This document shows, piece by piece, positions 23,001-33,859 of a stretch of DNA of 54,313 bases. The first letter of the stretch is position 1, and every line of letters begins with the position of its first letter. Under the pieces are notes generated by a model that saw only the letters and a list, made by a program, of their open reading frames with translations, did no database searches and was not told the origin of the DNA. A program made the translations under genes and the position numbers. This DNA is from Promethearchaeota archaeon (GTDB lineage Archaea; Asgardarchaeota; Lokiarchaeia; Sigyniarchaeales; SOKP01), in the NCBI GenBank assembly GCA_014730165.1, contig WJIS01000079.1, positions 1 through 54,313 of the forward strand, read 5' to 3'.

Positions 23001-23540
23001 TTAAGCTTCTTCTTCTGGTAATTCTGATTTTTTAACTTTTTCTTTTACTTCCTTTATCTCTTTTATTTCCTCTTTATCTAATTGTTCAACGCCTTCATCA
23101 GGTTTAAAGTTCCTACCTTGATGAACAAGCTCAAAATGTGCTTTATGTTTTAAAATCTCATCATGCAAAGTTTCTAGTTCTTCATTTTCTAACATTCTAT
23201 CAAAAAACTTAATTATACTAAAATACACTTTATCTATAAATGTATCCATTTGGGAAAGCTCATAAGACAAATCTCTCAGAAAATTAAAATCAATCATCAT
23301 CTGAACCTCCTTATTCATGAACTCCTCCTCTACTTTCTTTCGAATTCTTCGTTCTTCAAAATGCGACCAAATTGTTTCATAAATGAAATAATTTATAGAT
23401 TGAACAAATTCCGTTAGGAGAGCAACCCCTCCCGCAGCAGCTAGGTCTTGAGTAGCGACATAAGCTGTTAATGTTCCAAGAACTAGAGTTATCAATCGAT
23501 ATATGACGGTCTTTAATAAACTTCTTTTCCAATCAACCAT
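23001..23540 (-). CDS. DUF2061-like membrane protein with soluble C-terminal extension
   Basis: RSLLKTVIYRLI...YFIYETIW pattern of DUF2061. Confidence 0.72.
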   Translation of the reverse strand: MVDWKRSLLKTVIYRLITLVLGTLTAYVATQDLAAAGGVALLTEFVQSINYFIYETIWSHFEERRIRKKVEEEFMNKEVQMMIDFNFLRDLSYELSQMDTFIDKVYFSIIKFFDRMLENEELETLHDEILKHKAHFELVHQGRNFKPDEGVEQLDKEEIKEIKEVKEKVKKSELPEEEA

Positions 23541-23561
23541 TTAAAACTCTCCCTCCATAAT

Positions 23562-25451
23562 TTATACCCCTAATGTTTTTAATTCTCTGGTATAATATAT
23601 TTGAACTAAAGCACTAAAAAATAAACTTACTCCAAGAATCAAAAAAGAACTAATTACGATCAATTCACTTCCAGCTTGACTGATATTGAAAGAGATATTT
23701 CCAATTTCAACAATATTTATTATATCACTATAGATTAAAATTGAGAGTAAAATAACAAATAATGAACCGAAGACCTGTATAATTCCCAGGAAAATATTAA
23801 AGAAATATATTAGTTTGATTTGTTTTTTTTGTAACTCTATTATTTGACCTTCACCTATGCTTATGGCTATTTTATCTTTATCAATTTTTCTTACGAAAAA
23901 ATATACAACTTCTCTTAGTGGAATTAGATCAAAAATTACAGTGATAATAGTAACTACCCCAAAAAAGATTAATATCCTAATGAGAATATCATTAAAAATA
24001 ATCTCTCCACCCGGCAAGGTCGTTGAGATGGTTCCAAAGTTATTGATAATTAGGATGATTATCGTAACAAAAACAATAGCACAGGCTTTAATTCCTGCCA
24101 ATGTTAAAACAATTGAATATCGATCTGCGATCTTTAACAGGTAATAGGCAAAACCAATCAAGAGCATTAGGATACCAACAATAATTGCAACGTCTGAAAG
24201 AATGAATGATAATACCAAGCAAATAATACCTACAATAATGGGAAGCAACGGGAAAAATGGTGCTTTAAATGGTCTATCTAGCTCCTTTCTTTTGTATCTT
24301 AAACTAACTGCGGCAAAATTTACAAAAGCTAAACCGAAGAAGTAAATGAAACTTGTCATATTTGCTGCTAAATCAATATTTGAATTTACTAATATTGTAA
24401 TAGTAATTGAGACTGCTGTAGTAACTGCTAAAGAATAGACAGGCATATTCCTTTTTTTATTCACTTTTTGTAATCTATCAGTTACATAATTATCTCTTGC
24501 TAGTGCTTGAAGAACATTTGTTGCTGAGCCTAGAGCCGCATTAATGGCAATTACTGTTGTTATAATAGCAGCAGCGCCCATTAAATAAAATCCAAAAGGA
24601 CCAAGAATATCACCTAATACATCTGCTAGCAGAATTGGTGTTCCAGTTAATCCACTACTATTTCCTCCTATATTTATTAATACTACACTAGTCATAATTA
24701 AATATATTACCGCAGTCACTCCGATTGCTAACATATTGACACGAGGGGCATTTTTCGCTCTATTTTTTAATATCGGATTCAAATGTGCCAGGTTGGATGT
24801 TATTGAAGTGTAGCTGATAAAAAGAAGAGAGAACATTTGAATAACCCCAAATGCTGTAAAATCAGATAAAAGATAACTTGGTTGATATCCTTGGGGATTT
24901 GTAAAAGGTGCGATAAAAATACCTGATAAAGTAAAAAATATAAAAATAGCGATAAATACAACAGTTAACCAGAGTAAGGATTTTATTGCTACATCTTGAT
25001 TTCTAAAATTAGTAATAGTAATTAATAACGTTGCTATAACTCCAAAAAGAGGTAATGGAACATTTATGGTGAAAATTTGGTTTATTACAAGAGCAAATGC
25101 CATTGAAGAAAATACACATGTTCCTATATTCGCTAACCATAAGAAAAAGCCTACAATGTAAGCTAATAAACCACCTAATGCCTCTTTACTAAAATTATAT
25201 GCTCCTCCGGAATAAGGGATGCTTGTAGATAATTCTGAATAATTTAAAGCAGTTAAAAAAATAAGTAGCCCTCCTAAACCTAAACTGATCAGCACTCCAG
25301 GTCCCGCTGTTTCTACCGCAGTACCTAAAAGAATAAAAATTGAGCCTCCAATTCCACAACCAATACCATAAAGAGTTCCTCGTAATATTCCTAACGGTTT
25401 TTCTGAAGATTCCTCAATTACCTTCTTTTCATTATTATTTTTTTTGCTCAA
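23562..25451 (-). CDS. APC-family amino acid permease with extra C-terminal TM helices
   Basis: GIGGSIF...AGPG...NYSELST..PYSGGAY, ALARD, RPFKAPFFP. Confidence 0.88.
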   Translation of the reverse strand: MSKKNNNEKKVIEESSEKPLGILRGTLYGIGCGIGGSIFILLGTAVETAGPGVLISLGLGGLLIFLTALNYSELSTSIPYSGGAYNFSKEALGGLLAYIVGFFLWLANIGTCVFSSMAFALVINQIFTINVPLPLFGVIATLLITITNFRNQDVAIKSLLWLTVVFIAIFIFFTLSGIFIAPFTNPQGYQPSYLLSDFTAFGVIQMFSLLFISYTSITSNLAHLNPILKNRAKNAPRVNMLAIGVTAVIYLIMTSVVLINIGGNSSGLTGTPILLADVLGDILGPFGFYLMGAAAIITTVIAINAALGSATNVLQALARDNYVTDRLQKVNKKRNMPVYSLAVTTAVSITITILVNSNIDLAANMTSFIYFFGLAFVNFAAVSLRYKRKELDRPFKAPFFPLLPIIVGIICLVLSFILSDVAIIVGILMLLIGFAYYLLKIADRYSIVLTLAGIKACAIVFVTIIILIINNFGTISTTLPGGEIIFNDILIRILIFFGVVTIITVIFDLIPLREVVYFFVRKIDKDKIAISIGEGQIIELQKKQIKLIYFFNIFLGIIQVFGSLFVILLSILIYSDIINIVEIGNISFNISQAGSELIVISSFLILGVSLFFSALVQIYYTRELKTLGV

Positions 25452-25523
25452 ACTTGAACAACTTCATTTTAGTTTTTTTAATCAAACCTTTATAATGATT
25501 TTTAATGTGAATTTAATGAAAAT

Positions 25524-26960
25524 TCAAGATTTTTCGAGATGGAACACTCCGGAGACAATTGTAAGAGAGGATGCTGTTATAAGTAGCCAGATGATTATGT
25601 CCATATTAATGTCTCCCAAATTTATTAACCCCGTCAAGGAGCCAATTGCATATATTATAAAAAATATTCCCATACAAATTAAAATTCCACCAAAAAATTT
25701 AGAAAGTCGATATATTAATGAAAGGATTTCAAGCCTGTGAATTCTACTCTCTTTATCTCTAATTTCCTTTTCTTGACCTTCCAATTCTACTTTAAGTTTC
25801 TGAAATACTTCTCGAGAATCATTTATACTTTTTTCAATTGTTTCATTTGCTTTTTCAAGCTTTTCATGTTCTCTTCTTACATCTTCCAGCTTTTCTGTCA
25901 ATGCTTCTAATCTTGACTCTCTTTCACCATATTCCTTTTTCGAACGTAGAATATTATCCTTAATTTCGTTTAATCTCTCGTCATTAGCTATAATTAATTC
26001 CTCTTTCTTGGAGATCTCTTCTTCTAAGCTTTTCACTTTCTCCTTTGTATCTTGAATCCGAGATTCAATCTGTACAACTTGTTGTTGTTTCTCTGTCATT
26101 TGATATTTGTATTTTTCTAAAAGCTCTTCATAAGTTTGCCGTTGTTCTTGCATTTCAGGAAATCCTTCCTCATATTCCTTTAATTGATGGTCAATTTCAT
26201 TGATACGATTTTCTTTTTTATCCAATTGTTTATTAAGAAGTTGTAATTCATCTTCTTTAGCATCTATTAAATTGTTCGAATGTTCTAATTCCACTTTATT
26301 CTTGTCAATTGAAACTTTGATCGCTTCATTTTCAGCTTTAAAACTTTTCAATTTCTTTTCTAACGCATTTGCTTCTTCTTGCTTTTTTTCAAGAGCATTT
26401 TCGTTCTCTTCAATTTCTTGTTTAATTTTAGATAATTCATTTCTCAAGTCTTCTTTCTTGACGACTTTCTCCTTGACATCATCAGATAGAACAATTAAAT
26501 CTACTTGGCGTTGCTCATAGTTTTTCACTAATTGTTCGTTATTTTTTAAAAGCTCTTGATATTCTTCTTCTAAATTTTCCTTACTTTCCCGTATAATTTC
26601 TAATCTTTCTTCCAAGTTTTGCAATTCATCAGTTTTCCGATTATATTTCTCCTCTAATGAGGATAAAGTCTCCTGTAACCCCACTAGATATTTCTGCTTA
26701 TCATTGATTTTTTTTGTAATAGTTTCAATCTGAGATTTTGCTTCTTGAATCTCTTTATTTAATTCTTGTACTGTTTGGTCGTCAATATCTTTTTTTTCAA
26801 TACCTTTTTCAATCGCTTCAATACTATTCTCAAAGGTTCTTAGATTTTTGTCAATTATATCTCTTGAATCCTTAGCTTTTGTAAGAAGTTCTTTATCAAC
26901 CTTTTCTAATTCCTTTTCTAATTTATTATTTTTCTCGTTTCCACCATTCTCATCTGTCAT
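25524..26960 (-). CDS. Long coiled-coil protein with C-terminal two-helix membrane anchor
   Basis: About 400 aa of E/K/Q-rich heptads followed by two hydrophobic segments at the C-terminus. Confidence 0.82.
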   Translation of the reverse strand: MTDENGGNEKNNKLEKELEKVDKELLTKAKDSRDIIDKNLRTFENSIEAIEKGIEKKDIDDQTVQELNKEIQEAKSQIETITKKINDKQKYLVGLQETLSSLEEKYNRKTDELQNLEERLEIIRESKENLEEEYQELLKNNEQLVKNYEQRQVDLIVLSDDVKEKVVKKEDLRNELSKIKQEIEENENALEKKQEEANALEKKLKSFKAENEAIKVSIDKNKVELEHSNNLIDAKEDELQLLNKQLDKKENRINEIDHQLKEYEEGFPEMQEQRQTYEELLEKYKYQMTEKQQQVVQIESRIQDTKEKVKSLEEEISKKEELIIANDERLNEIKDNILRSKKEYGERESRLEALTEKLEDVRREHEKLEKANETIEKSINDSREVFQKLKVELEGQEKEIRDKESRIHRLEILSLIYRLSKFFGGILICMGIFFIIYAIGSLTGLINLGDINMDIIIWLLITASSLTIVSGVFHLEKS

Positions 26961-27412
26961 TTTATTTAAACTCTGGATTATATGATTTTATGGAATATTG
27001 TCAATAAATAATTGAATTTAAAATTTTTAAAAATTGTCTTTATATAAATATAAAAAACAGATCTTTTGCCTAGATGAATCTTTGATTAAAAGAGTATTAT
27101 AAAATATAGATCTTTGATTCATAATAACCATCTGCTTAATTAAATCCTTAAGAATTAATACTTATTCTATTTTTTAAACTTTTATTTTTTAAATTTTTCA
27201 TTCGACAAAAGTTCGATTTTGGATTAGTATTACTATCTTTCTAATTAAAATATATTTATAATGATTTATTCAATACCGTAGATAATCAAATCTTCAAAAC
27301 TAAATTAAATTATTGATAATTTTAATCAGAATTTTAGAACTATTCAAGAATCTAAATTGAGTTCTTTGTTTGGATTTTTAAAAATAATAATATTATCAAT
27401 AGTAAATTGGCT

Positions 27413-28903
27413 TCAAATTTCATTGTAAAGTTTTACATTAATAAATATCGAAAAAGATCGTGGACCAAATGTGACCATAATATAATAGTTTTCTCTTCCT
27501 CCAATATCTAACTTTCCGTCAATAACTGGCAGTATTAGTTGTCGATTCCCATATGTAGTAGCTAGATCATGGTCTAAACGATTAAAATCTGCTCTGTTTT
27601 CTAATGCTCGTACCGTGTGAAAATTTTCTCCGCAATCTTCCCGAGATATTTCTGCAAACTTATAGTGCAAATCTAAATAGTTTCCATATTCATGCTCATT
27701 TACAATCAGTGAAGTAGTAGTATGATAGGATCTAATAAAAACCTCCCCATTTTTGTTTGTATTTTCACGACTAATTGTATCCTTAAGAAGATCTTTGATA
27801 ATATCGGTTAAAAATATTAATTGAGTAATGCTATAACTTCGCAATTTTAATTTATATCGACAAATTGTTTCGTTTTGGGTTTTAATGGCTTTTTCTTCTT
27901 GGATACTAATTAATGGGTTAAATAGACTAAAGTTTGTTTTTAAGTCTTTTTTTGCAATATTTAAATTCAATCTATTCCCATTTCTAAATGCCCATGTTCG
28001 CAATAAACATTTCTCAGCAAATGATAGATTCTCTGTTGCTTCCCAGAAACCTCTAACGATCTGAGAGATTTCTAAAGTTGGACTCGCACTTCCAATAAGA
28101 AGTCTATGCCATGAATTCTGTATAAATCCTTTCAATTTAAATAATTTTAAGAAACAATCTTTTGGAGTCATCCCTCCAAAAGTCCTGGGATCAATTTCTA
28201 TCCATATATTGTTAAAGTATTTTAAAAGTTGATAAAAAATCTCGATATCACCGGAGATATCTAAACCACTTAATATAAAAATATTTTCGGGATATTTTGA
28301 AATAAAGGAATGGATAGCTTCCTGTGTAAGTATATTATCGTGATAATCTTGAAAGTATGAATTACATAAATCAATTTTCATAATTAGATTATTTTCCTTT
28401 GCATAATCTAATATATTTCGTAAATTTGGGTTTTTATCATTTAAATTCAAATTGGAGTATGCGGGATAAATCGCAAATCCTATAATATTACAACATTGTT
28501 GATATTCTATAACTTTTGAGATTATAGTTTCTGCTTTTTGATCTTCCGAGAGATCAAACGAAAGGATAACTTTGAACAATGAAGGATCGATTTTAGCTAT
28601 CCGAATAGCGTCTTCATTCTCTATGCCATAATCTCTTCCCAAGTTCATAGCCTGAAGATAAACTGATTCTATCTGTGCACAATTAATTTCAACCTTAAAA
28701 TCCTCAAGAGTAATCTTTCTTCTATAGAAATATGGATGATTCTGTTTATTCTTCAAATTTAAAAGTCTTTTCAGTTTTTCTGATTTCCCCTTAGATTCAA
28801 AAATAGGCCAAACTAAGCTATCTATCTGTGGATATAAGAAAGCATTAGCAAATTTCTCACCAAATATACAAGAGAAATCGGGTTGATATAATCTTTCCAA
28901 CAT
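27413..28903 (-). CDS. Fusion of degenerate amidohydrolase-like domain and YjbQ/UPF0047 domain
   Basis: The C-terminus has HTTTSLIVNE and LILPVIDGKLDIG...GPR (YjbQ). The N-terminus follows Amidohydro_2 spacing (GFAIYPAY, KYPENIFIL, NIWIE, RLLIGS, NGNRL). Confidence 0.68.
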   Translation of the reverse strand: MLERLYQPDFSCIFGEKFANAFLYPQIDSLVWPIFESKGKSEKLKRLLNLKNKQNHPYFYRRKITLEDFKVEINCAQIESVYLQAMNLGRDYGIENEDAIRIAKIDPSLFKVILSFDLSEDQKAETIISKVIEYQQCCNIIGFAIYPAYSNLNLNDKNPNLRNILDYAKENNLIMKIDLCNSYFQDYHDNILTQEAIHSFISKYPENIFILSGLDISGDIEIFYQLLKYFNNIWIEIDPRTFGGMTPKDCFLKLFKLKGFIQNSWHRLLIGSASPTLEISQIVRGFWEATENLSFAEKCLLRTWAFRNGNRLNLNIAKKDLKTNFSLFNPLISIQEEKAIKTQNETICRYKLKLRSYSITQLIFLTDIIKDLLKDTISRENTNKNGEVFIRSYHTTTSLIVNEHEYGNYLDLHYKFAEISREDCGENFHTVRALENRADFNRLDHDLATTYGNRQLILPVIDGKLDIGGRENYYIMVTFGPRSFSIFINVKLYNEI

Positions 28904-29090
28904 AATTGATCTAATTTTAATTCTGTTTAATAGTTTAGCTTAACAATGTCTTTATGATTCTTATTAAATTATATTAGATTCGTGATAATTAATTAATTGA
29001 AATTTTAAAATTAGATGAGATGCTTAATTATATAAATCGGGATAGATAGCCGAAATAGCGATCAACTAATAAAAGAAAAACATTAATCAA

Positions 29091-31073
29091 ATGTTTACTA
29101 ACAAGAATATTGAAAGAATTCAAAAGAATAAACCAATCTTTATTAAACCCAATATTGGACAACCTATCCTTCTTAATTTACAGGAAGAGATCGAATCAAA
29201 TGGAAAATCATCTAATAATATAGATTTTGATTTATTTGGTTTATATGTTTCTAAAATTGATATTAATGAAGTAATGAAGAATTTAGAGGATAATGTCTAT
29301 TTACAACCAGTTTTAGCTGGAAAAGGAGAATTTAATGAGAGAAGAGGAAAACTAATAAAACTTTCAATTCTAAAGGTGAGTAAAGTATTATCCCCTAATT
29401 TAAAGAAAAAAGTATATCCTACGGAAAATAGTTGTGAAATATGGGATATTTATCATAACATTCGGAAAGGAGGGTTTAAAAAATCCAGGAGAGATACCCT
29501 TTTTAAATGTGAAGTAAGTTTTCGTGTACCTAATGATTTAGCTGATCTTATAGATGAATTTAATGTAATTTTATTTGACTTAATCGTATATTTTAATAAT
29601 CACAAACAGAAACGAGTTAATTATCATAGTATAGCATTGTTTAATAAAAGTTGGGAGAATTTTCGTTTTATTCACGCAACAGATACACATATAGCTAGAA
29701 GGAATGATTTTATATATAAATTTTTGAAAAAGGAGAAAAATAAGAAGAAGAATGATAATCAATTAGGAACTGAAGATCTTAATCACGAGGTTTTGGAATA
29801 TGATTTTGAATTTGAAGAGGAATTTCAGCATGAAAATCTGGAAATATTTAGACATGGTAAGTTTAACTTTAATTATAATTTAAGATTGTTTATCTCAAAA
29901 GTAAATAAGCTTTGTTCGAATGGAAAACTTGATTTTATTGTCTTAACTGGTGATATTGTAGATTTTGTTGATACAGCGAATACGGATGAGTATTATGATA
30001 ACAATTTTCAGTTTTTTTTGGATATTCTTTTAGGCATACAACGTGAATTAAAAGTTGAAATACCAGAGCATATTAATAAAGAAGAGCTACTAGTACCGAT
30101 ATTTACTATTGTAGGAAATCATGATTATAGAAAGGGATATTATAGCATTAAAACGGGTATTATTTATAAAAAATTTGGGCTGGAAAAGAAAGATGTTAAG
30201 AATTATAAAGATGATAAATATTTCAATTATTTTCGATCTATGTATTCAAGAACTAAATTCCTAGAAGATTACTTCAAATTCATAAATCCAAACCGTAATT
30301 TCAAAATTGATATCGGAAAGGACTATTCACTTATATTCTTGGATACTGGAATTGATTCCATAGCAAATTTATTTGGTTTAATGAGAAGTGCACCAAGTAC
30401 TAGAGGATTAAAAGATTATCAAATAGAATCGTTACGAAATTATATCATCCAATCTCAAAATAGAAATGTGATAGTGTTTATGCATACTCCTCCTCTTTCC
30501 CCTAATTTAGGTCCTTGGAAAAAATGGAGACTTAGAAAAAGATTTGGATTGAAACGAAAGGTCGAATGGTATGATTTTTATGAACAAAATATTGAAAAAT
30601 ATACAGGAAGTAAAAGGATAGACTCAATATTATATTTTAAATATCAAACTATTATGTATAATTGGGACATATTGATGGAAATTTTATCGGGCTCAGATAA
30701 AATAATTAGAAGAAAGATTGATTTGGTATTCTGTGGACACACTCACACCTTAAAAGAATTTCGCATTAGAGAAGCGAAAGAGGCGGAGAAACAGAAAGTT
30801 AATTTGGGGTTTTATTTTATTCCATTTTATTTAAAGGGACCTTGCAAGATATATACTAATCGATATAGGGATATTATTAAAAAATTTGATAATATTTTAG
30901 ATTTGAAAAGCTGGTTTGATGCTAAAAAACCATTCATATTTCAAACACAAGGATTGGGACCCTTATCATCTAAATTTAAAGTCAAGTCTCCTGGATTTAG
31001 ACTTGTCACAATAAAAAAAAACCAAGTGGTTAATATAGCCGTTTATTCAATGCAAATAAAATCTAAAGAATAA
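29091..31073 (+). CDS. Calcineurin-like metallophosphoesterase, large
   Basis: TDTH, TGDIVD, GNHD, FMHTPP and CGHTH motifs. Confidence 0.85.
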   Translation: MFTNKNIERIQKNKPIFIKPNIGQPILLNLQEEIESNGKSSNNIDFDLFGLYVSKIDINEVMKNLEDNVYLQPVLAGKGEFNERRGKLIKLSILKVSKVLSPNLKKKVYPTENSCEIWDIYHNIRKGGFKKSRRDTLFKCEVSFRVPNDLADLIDEFNVILFDLIVYFNNHKQKRVNYHSIALFNKSWENFRFIHATDTHIARRNDFIYKFLKKEKNKKKNDNQLGTEDLNHEVLEYDFEFEEEFQHENLEIFRHGKFNFNYNLRLFISKVNKLCSNGKLDFIVLTGDIVDFVDTANTDEYYDNNFQFFLDILLGIQRELKVEIPEHINKEELLVPIFTIVGNHDYRKGYYSIKTGIIYKKFGLEKKDVKNYKDDKYFNYFRSMYSRTKFLEDYFKFINPNRNFKIDIGKDYSLIFLDTGIDSIANLFGLMRSAPSTRGLKDYQIESLRNYIIQSQNRNVIVFMHTPPLSPNLGPWKKWRLRKRFGLKRKVEWYDFYEQNIEKYTGSKRIDSILYFKYQTIMYNWDILMEILSGSDKIIRRKIDLVFCGHTHTLKEFRIREAKEAEKQKVNLGFYFIPFYLKGPCKIYTNRYRDIIKKFDNILDLKSWFDAKKPFIFQTQGLGPLSSKFKVKSPGFRLVTIKKNQVVNIAVYSMQIKSKE

Positions 31074-31080
31074 TGAATCT

Positions 31081-32043
31081 TTATTTCTTGTTTATTAACT
31101 TAATTACTTCTTCATATGTTGTATCTGACATAGGTCCAAAAAACTCAACTTTGAGAGCACCAGCTGCATTTGCAAATTTTCCTGTTTTTTCTAAATCCCA
31201 ATTGAGTAAATACCCAACTATAAATGCTCCACCAAAAGCATCTCCCGCTCCTGTTGGATCAACCTCTTCAACTTTAAACGATGGAACCTCGATTCCATCA
31301 ATGATTTCCGAGCTGAAAATTTTACATCCCTTATTACCCCGTTTCAAAACAACTATTTCTGGTCCATGATTGAGTAATTGTTTACATGCTTCCTCTCCTC
31401 CCTCAATTCTAGCTAACATTTCAGCCTCTTCCCCACTAGGAAGTAATATCGTCGTATCTTTTAGTACAGGTTCACAAATTTCTATAATCTTATCTATTTC
31501 CATCATCTCGGGACGGAGGTTTGGATCAAAAGAGATGATAACTTCTGGATTTGCCGTCTTAGCTATTCTAATAGCTTTATAACATGCTTCTTTAGAGTGT
31601 TCACTAATAGAAAGAGCACTCCCCATAATATGCAAGCATTGAATATTCTTAAAATAATCTGAGTTAACATCATCTGGATGTGTAGCTCCTGCTGCTCCCG
31701 CTGCGAAGATGAATTTACGAGATCCATCCGAATTATATTGATTAAACGCTATACCTGTAGTTTGTGTATTATCTACACGTATTTGGGAAATATCAACATT
31801 ATCCTTTTTGAATTTGTTTATGATACAAGAACCAAATTCATCATTTCCAATTACACCTACGAATCCAGTTGATAAATTATATGGTTTCGATAATCGAGCA
31901 GCGGAATCTATAAAGTTAGCTGGTGCTCCGCTTGGGAATGGCCCTCTATAGGTTCTCCCAACCTCTCTATGAGGGATATCTATTTCAGTTCTCATTATCT
32001 CAACGAGAAGTTCTCCTAAACATAAAATTTCCGGAGCTGTCAT
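31081..32043 (-). CDS. PfkB-family sugar kinase
   Basis: SGAPAN, GNDEFG, FDPNLRP, KRGNKG, DPTGAGDAF. Confidence 0.94.
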   Translation of the reverse strand: MTAPEILCLGELLVEIMRTEIDIPHREVGRTYRGPFPSGAPANFIDSAARLSKPYNLSTGFVGVIGNDEFGSCIINKFKKDNVDISQIRVDNTQTTGIAFNQYNSDGSRKFIFAAGAAGATHPDDVNSDYFKNIQCLHIMGSALSISEHSKEACYKAIRIAKTANPEVIISFDPNLRPEMMEIDKIIEICEPVLKDTTILLPSGEEAEMLARIEGGEEACKQLLNHGPEIVVLKRGNKGCKIFSSEIIDGIEVPSFKVEEVDPTGAGDAFGGAFIVGYLLNWDLEKTGKFANAAGALKVEFFGPMSDTTYEEVIKLINKK

Positions 32044-32333
32044 TATTTTAATCTATACTTTATGTATTTTTTTAATTCATATATTCTTTAATATAGTTTT
32101 AGTATTTATTGTATTCTTTAAAGCATTTATCAGTTTAGAAAGTTTCAATTTAAGAATTATAAATGAATTTATAAGTTAGAAATTTTGTTTTCTTCCTAAT
32201 TTGATCAGGACAACCTTTTAAGTAATAATAACTAGCAAGCTATTGAATTAAGTCTAAGAAAAAAAGAGGATACTATATTAATATATTGAAATAACGTAGA
32301 TATATTAAGAAACAAAAATAATGATAAAAAAAT

Positions 32334-33275
32334 ATGATAGTAGATTCTCACGTTCATTTGTTCTTTGAAAAAAGTGATCCTGAGGAATTTTTTATAGGTT
32401 GTTCCACTGCGGGAGTATCTATATTCGGTAAAAATAAACCTTTAGATGAAAGACAAGATCCAGAACAACTCTATGAACAACAACTCGATATCCTTTCAGA
32501 TAAAGACGGATCAAGATTAATTGGTGAAATGGATAAAGCTAAAATTGATAAAGCAATTTTATTACCTTTGGATTTTTGGTTAAAATATCCTAAATCTGAC
32601 CATCAAGGGATTTCAATAAAAGAAAAAAACAAAATATATAGTGATGTAGTTAAAAAATATCCAGATCGATTTAAAACATATTTTGGAATTGATCCAAGAC
32701 GAAAAGACGCAATAAAGTTATTGAATGAAGCTATGAAAAAGTGGGAACCCGTAGGATTAAAAATACATCCTACTGCTGGTTTCTACCCCGATAATGCAAT
32801 ATGCTTTCCACTTTATGAGACGGCTATAGATTATGGAATACCAATTTTGATCCATAGCGGACAAGAACCCGCACCGATGGAAGCTAAATGGAGCCATCCA
32901 ATGTATATAGATACAGTTGCTGCTAATTATCCCGAGGCAACAATTATTATTGCTCATTGTGGACATGGATGGTGGCGGCAAGCTTTAGATATCGCGATAA
33001 TGAAACCCAACATTTATGTTGATTTTTCTGGATGGCAACCATTATTTAATTTAAATCCCCACTATTTTTGGGAACCCTTAAGGTTCGCCATAGACACCTT
33101 AGGTCCTTGGAGAGTTTTATTTGGGTCTGATGGGAGTATGCTTGATGTGTTTCTCTCACCCAAAAAATGGGCAAAAGTTATAGCAAATCCGTCAAGAACA
33201 ACTGAAATTAATTTTACTCAAGCGGAAATAGAGATCTTCATGGGTAAAGCCGCTCAAAAATTATATAATCTATAA
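32334..33275 (+). CDS. Amidohydrolase_2 family metal-dependent hydrolase
   Basis: DSHVH, GLKIHP, ILIHSG, IAHCG, VLFGSD. Confidence 0.9.
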   Translation: MIVDSHVHLFFEKSDPEEFFIGCSTAGVSIFGKNKPLDERQDPEQLYEQQLDILSDKDGSRLIGEMDKAKIDKAILLPLDFWLKYPKSDHQGISIKEKNKIYSDVVKKYPDRFKTYFGIDPRRKDAIKLLNEAMKKWEPVGLKIHPTAGFYPDNAICFPLYETAIDYGIPILIHSGQEPAPMEAKWSHPMYIDTVAANYPEATIIIAHCGHGWWRQALDIAIMKPNIYVDFSGWQPLFNLNPHYFWEPLRFAIDTLGPWRVLFGSDGSMLDVFLSPKKWAKVIANPSRTTEINFTQAEIEIFMGKAAQKLYNL

Positions 33276-33366
33276 TTTTAACTATTTTTTTTTTAAACTA
33301 TATTTTTAAAGTAATTGTTATTATTTCTGCACATAGGTAAAAAATACAAGATTGAGTTGAAATTAT

Positions 33367-33789
33367 ATTTCAGAAAATAGATTTGAAATTAATCCATACG
33401 ATTATTCCAAGCATTTTTTCACTGAAACAGCGTTGTTAGTTTCGATGAGCACCGATGGCAAAATTAATGTAATGGCTTTAGATTGGAAAACTATTGGAGA
33501 ACTCTGGCATATCCCTGTAATTACAGCAGCAGTTGCTCCTAGTCGTTATTCATTCTCTCTTCTAACAGACGGGATTAAGGAGTTTACGATCAATATACCA
33601 TCACCCAAAATCAATAGTGCAATCATTATAGTAGGTTCCAAATCTGGGAGAAATACAGATAAGTTTAGAGATGCCAATTTAGAACCGATAAAGGGTGACC
33701 AAACTAAAGTTCCAACGATCAAAGATTCCTTATTAAGTTACGAGTGTAAAATAGTTCATGAAACTAAATCTACAGATTTAAAAAAATAA
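33367..33789 (+). CDS. Flavin reductase-like FMN-binding protein; probable ATT start; C-terminus looks short
   Basis: NVMALDW, SRYS, EFTIN, GSKSGRNTDKF, YECKI. The frame is open back to a TGA at 33358 (ISENRFEINPYDY...). Confidence 0.75.
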   Translation: MSENRFEINPYDYSKHFFTETALLVSMSTDGKINVMALDWKTIGELWHIPVITAAVAPSRYSFSLLTDGIKEFTINIPSPKINSAIIIVGSKSGRNTDKFRDANLEPIKGDQTKVPTIKDSLLSYECKIVHETKSTDLKK

Positions 33790-33859
33790 TTAAGTATCGT
33801 CTACAAAAAAATTAGAATTAATTTATTGAAATTAATTTTAAAATAAGAGGCGTTCCAAT

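Noticed and set aside
25524-26960. SMC/Rad50 annotation for the coiled-coil protein
   Set aside because: No Walker A/B motifs, hinge or zinc hook, and it has a membrane anchor instead.
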